Origin: Trypanosoma brucei
Taxonomy: Eukaryota
Assembly: GCA_000002445.1 (NCBI GenBank)
Contig: CP000068.1
Coordinates: 1,152,001-1,216,000, forward strand
Direction of reading: 5' to 3'
Length of the DNA stretch: 64,000 nt
The position numbers and the translations under genes are program-made. Every line of letters starts with the position of its first letter. Positions within the stretch are counted from its first letter, which is position 1. The notes beneath the pieces are model-generated. The model was not told the DNA's origin. It made no database searches and saw nothing but the letters and a program-made list of their open reading frames with translations. Below, piece after piece: positions 63,098-64,000 of this stretch.

Positions 63098-64000
63098 ATG
63101 CGTAGGAACAATCGCACACGTTGCACTATTGATGATGTGAATGGAATGCTTGCCAGAAACGCGCAGCTACGCAACGCCTTACAGGAAAGGTACAAGCAGT
63201 TGAAAATGCGATATGAACAGCTGGCAGCTCTGAGAGCGGCCCTCTCTCCTTCGCGGGGGGTGACTCTGAGGAAACTAGGTGTAAGACAGGAAACTGCTGA
63301 CGGTGCCGAGGAGGTACGTTTCCTTGACGATTATACAACGGGAGGTGTGGGTAATCCCCCCTTTCGTGACGCTGGTATTTATTCAGCCAAGAATATTGTA
63401 TGTTACGCACCGGTTCCACCTACACGAGACGAGTTGCGATGGAAAGGAGTGACGTTGGCATTTCCACAGTTGGCATACGTACATTCTTTGGCAATGCTGC
63501 CGGAAACAGCGAACAGTTTTTCTAAAGCTCTCCAGTGGAGTCGAGAAGAAGATAGTGCACTCAGAGAGCAGGTTCACGCCTACAAGGGCGCAAGGTGTGG
63601 ACCTTCTTTTTGGAAAGCACTTGGTGCACCCGGTCAATCACGATTCGAAGTGGCGAGTCATTATATTAGGTTGCAGCAGCTTGGACTCATCGAACCGGGG
63701 AAAAACGACAAAACGATGATGTGGATCCCAGAGGAACAACGCGATATTGCTTTGCGGGAGGCAGTGTGGCGTCATTTAGGTGATGAGGGTGGCATTATGG
63801 CGGCTTACGTGGAAATTATTAGCGTTGCAGCACGGAAATGTGTGTACCTTTCGGAGGTAACATGTAATGAATCACTTGTGTTCCCTCCGTATGTGTGGGT
63901 GAAGCGTACCACCTTCAATTGGCTAACTTCACTTCTCATACAGAAAGCGAAAGCTCCTCTCGTGCGATGTGAAGGAGAATTTTCAGATGATACACCTTTG
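63098..64000 (+). CDS. Myb/SANT-like domain protein, 3'-truncated by the window end. This ORF is not in the supplied track because it has no stop codon.
   Basis: My own translation from the ATG at 63098 (an in-frame TAG lies at 63074) gives >=301 codons with no stop. It includes two Myb/SANT-like units 'QWSREEDSALREQVHAYKGARCGPSFWKALGAP...RFEVASHYIRLQQLG' and 'MWIPEEQRDIALREAVWRHLGDEGG'. Confidence 0.4.
   Translation, partial: MRRNNRTRCTIDDVNGMLARNAQLRNALQERYKQLKMRYEQLAALRAALSPSRGVTLRKLGVRQETADGAEEVRFLDDYTTGGVGNPPFRDAGIYSAKNIVCYAPVPPTRDELRWKGVTLAFPQLAYVHSLAMLPETANSFSKALQWSREEDSALREQVHAYKGARCGPSFWKALGAPGQSRFEVASHYIRLQQLGLIEPGKNDKTMMWIPEEQRDIALREAVWRHLGDEGGIMAAYVEIISVAARKCVYLSEVTCNESLVFPPYVWVKRTTFNWLTSLLIQKAKAPLVRCEGEFSDDTPL

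Noticed and set aside
1-64000. CRISPR arrays, rRNA, tRNA or transposable elements.
   Set aside because: There are no direct repeat-spacer arrays. The only repeats are di- and tri-nucleotide microsatellites and homopolymers. No rDNA-like or tRNA-like structures were recognisable by eye. No ingi/RIME-like or reverse-transcriptase ORFs were found.

Overview
This window is kinetoplastid nuclear DNA. It looks like Trypanosoma brucei and is consistent with the chromosome 5 pyrimidine-biosynthesis (pyr) locus, but that species call is from memory and unverified. About 27 protein-coding genes lie on the + strand as one polycistronic transcription unit. There is no strand switch, no rRNA, no obvious tRNA, no retroposon (ingi/RIME), no VSG and no CRISPR, which is not expected in a eukaryote.

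Genes are separated by T-rich or polypyrimidine low-complexity intergenic DNA carrying (TA)n, (GT)n and (CA)n microsatellites and homopolymer G/C runs, as expected for trans-splicing and polyadenylation signals.

The core of the window (29.8-42.4 kb) is a four-gene cluster for de novo pyrimidine biosynthesis:
- a GATase-CPS fusion (CPSII) carrying an extra ~385-residue C-terminal extension;
- an OMPDC-OPRT fusion ending in the glycosomal signal SKL;
- an ATCase catalytic chain;
- a family-1A dihydroorotate dehydrogenase.
No dihydroorotase gene is visible in the cluster.

Other recognisable genes:
- an XPF/ERCC4 nuclease (5'-truncated);
- a PIG-H-like GPI-GnT subunit;
- a gamma-carbonic-anhydrase-like LbH protein;
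- neutral sphingomyelinase;
- two tandem RBX1-like RING-box genes;
- a PPIL4-like cyclophilin-RRM protein;
- SPO11;
- an NRK/uridine-kinase-family P-loop kinase;
- a tetraspanin-like membrane protein;
- an XRN-family 5'-3' exoribonuclease;
- a TTLL polyglutamylase;
- a KLHDC4-like kelch protein;
- a MORN + polytopic membrane protein;
- a 3'-truncated Myb/SANT-like ORF;
- several lineage-specific hypotheticals.

The most interesting hypothesis is that the CPSII C-terminal extension is a vestigial, catalytically dead dihydroorotase-like domain, while the real DHOase gene is absent from the cluster. All calls rest on by-eye motif recognition in the supplied translations. No database search was run.
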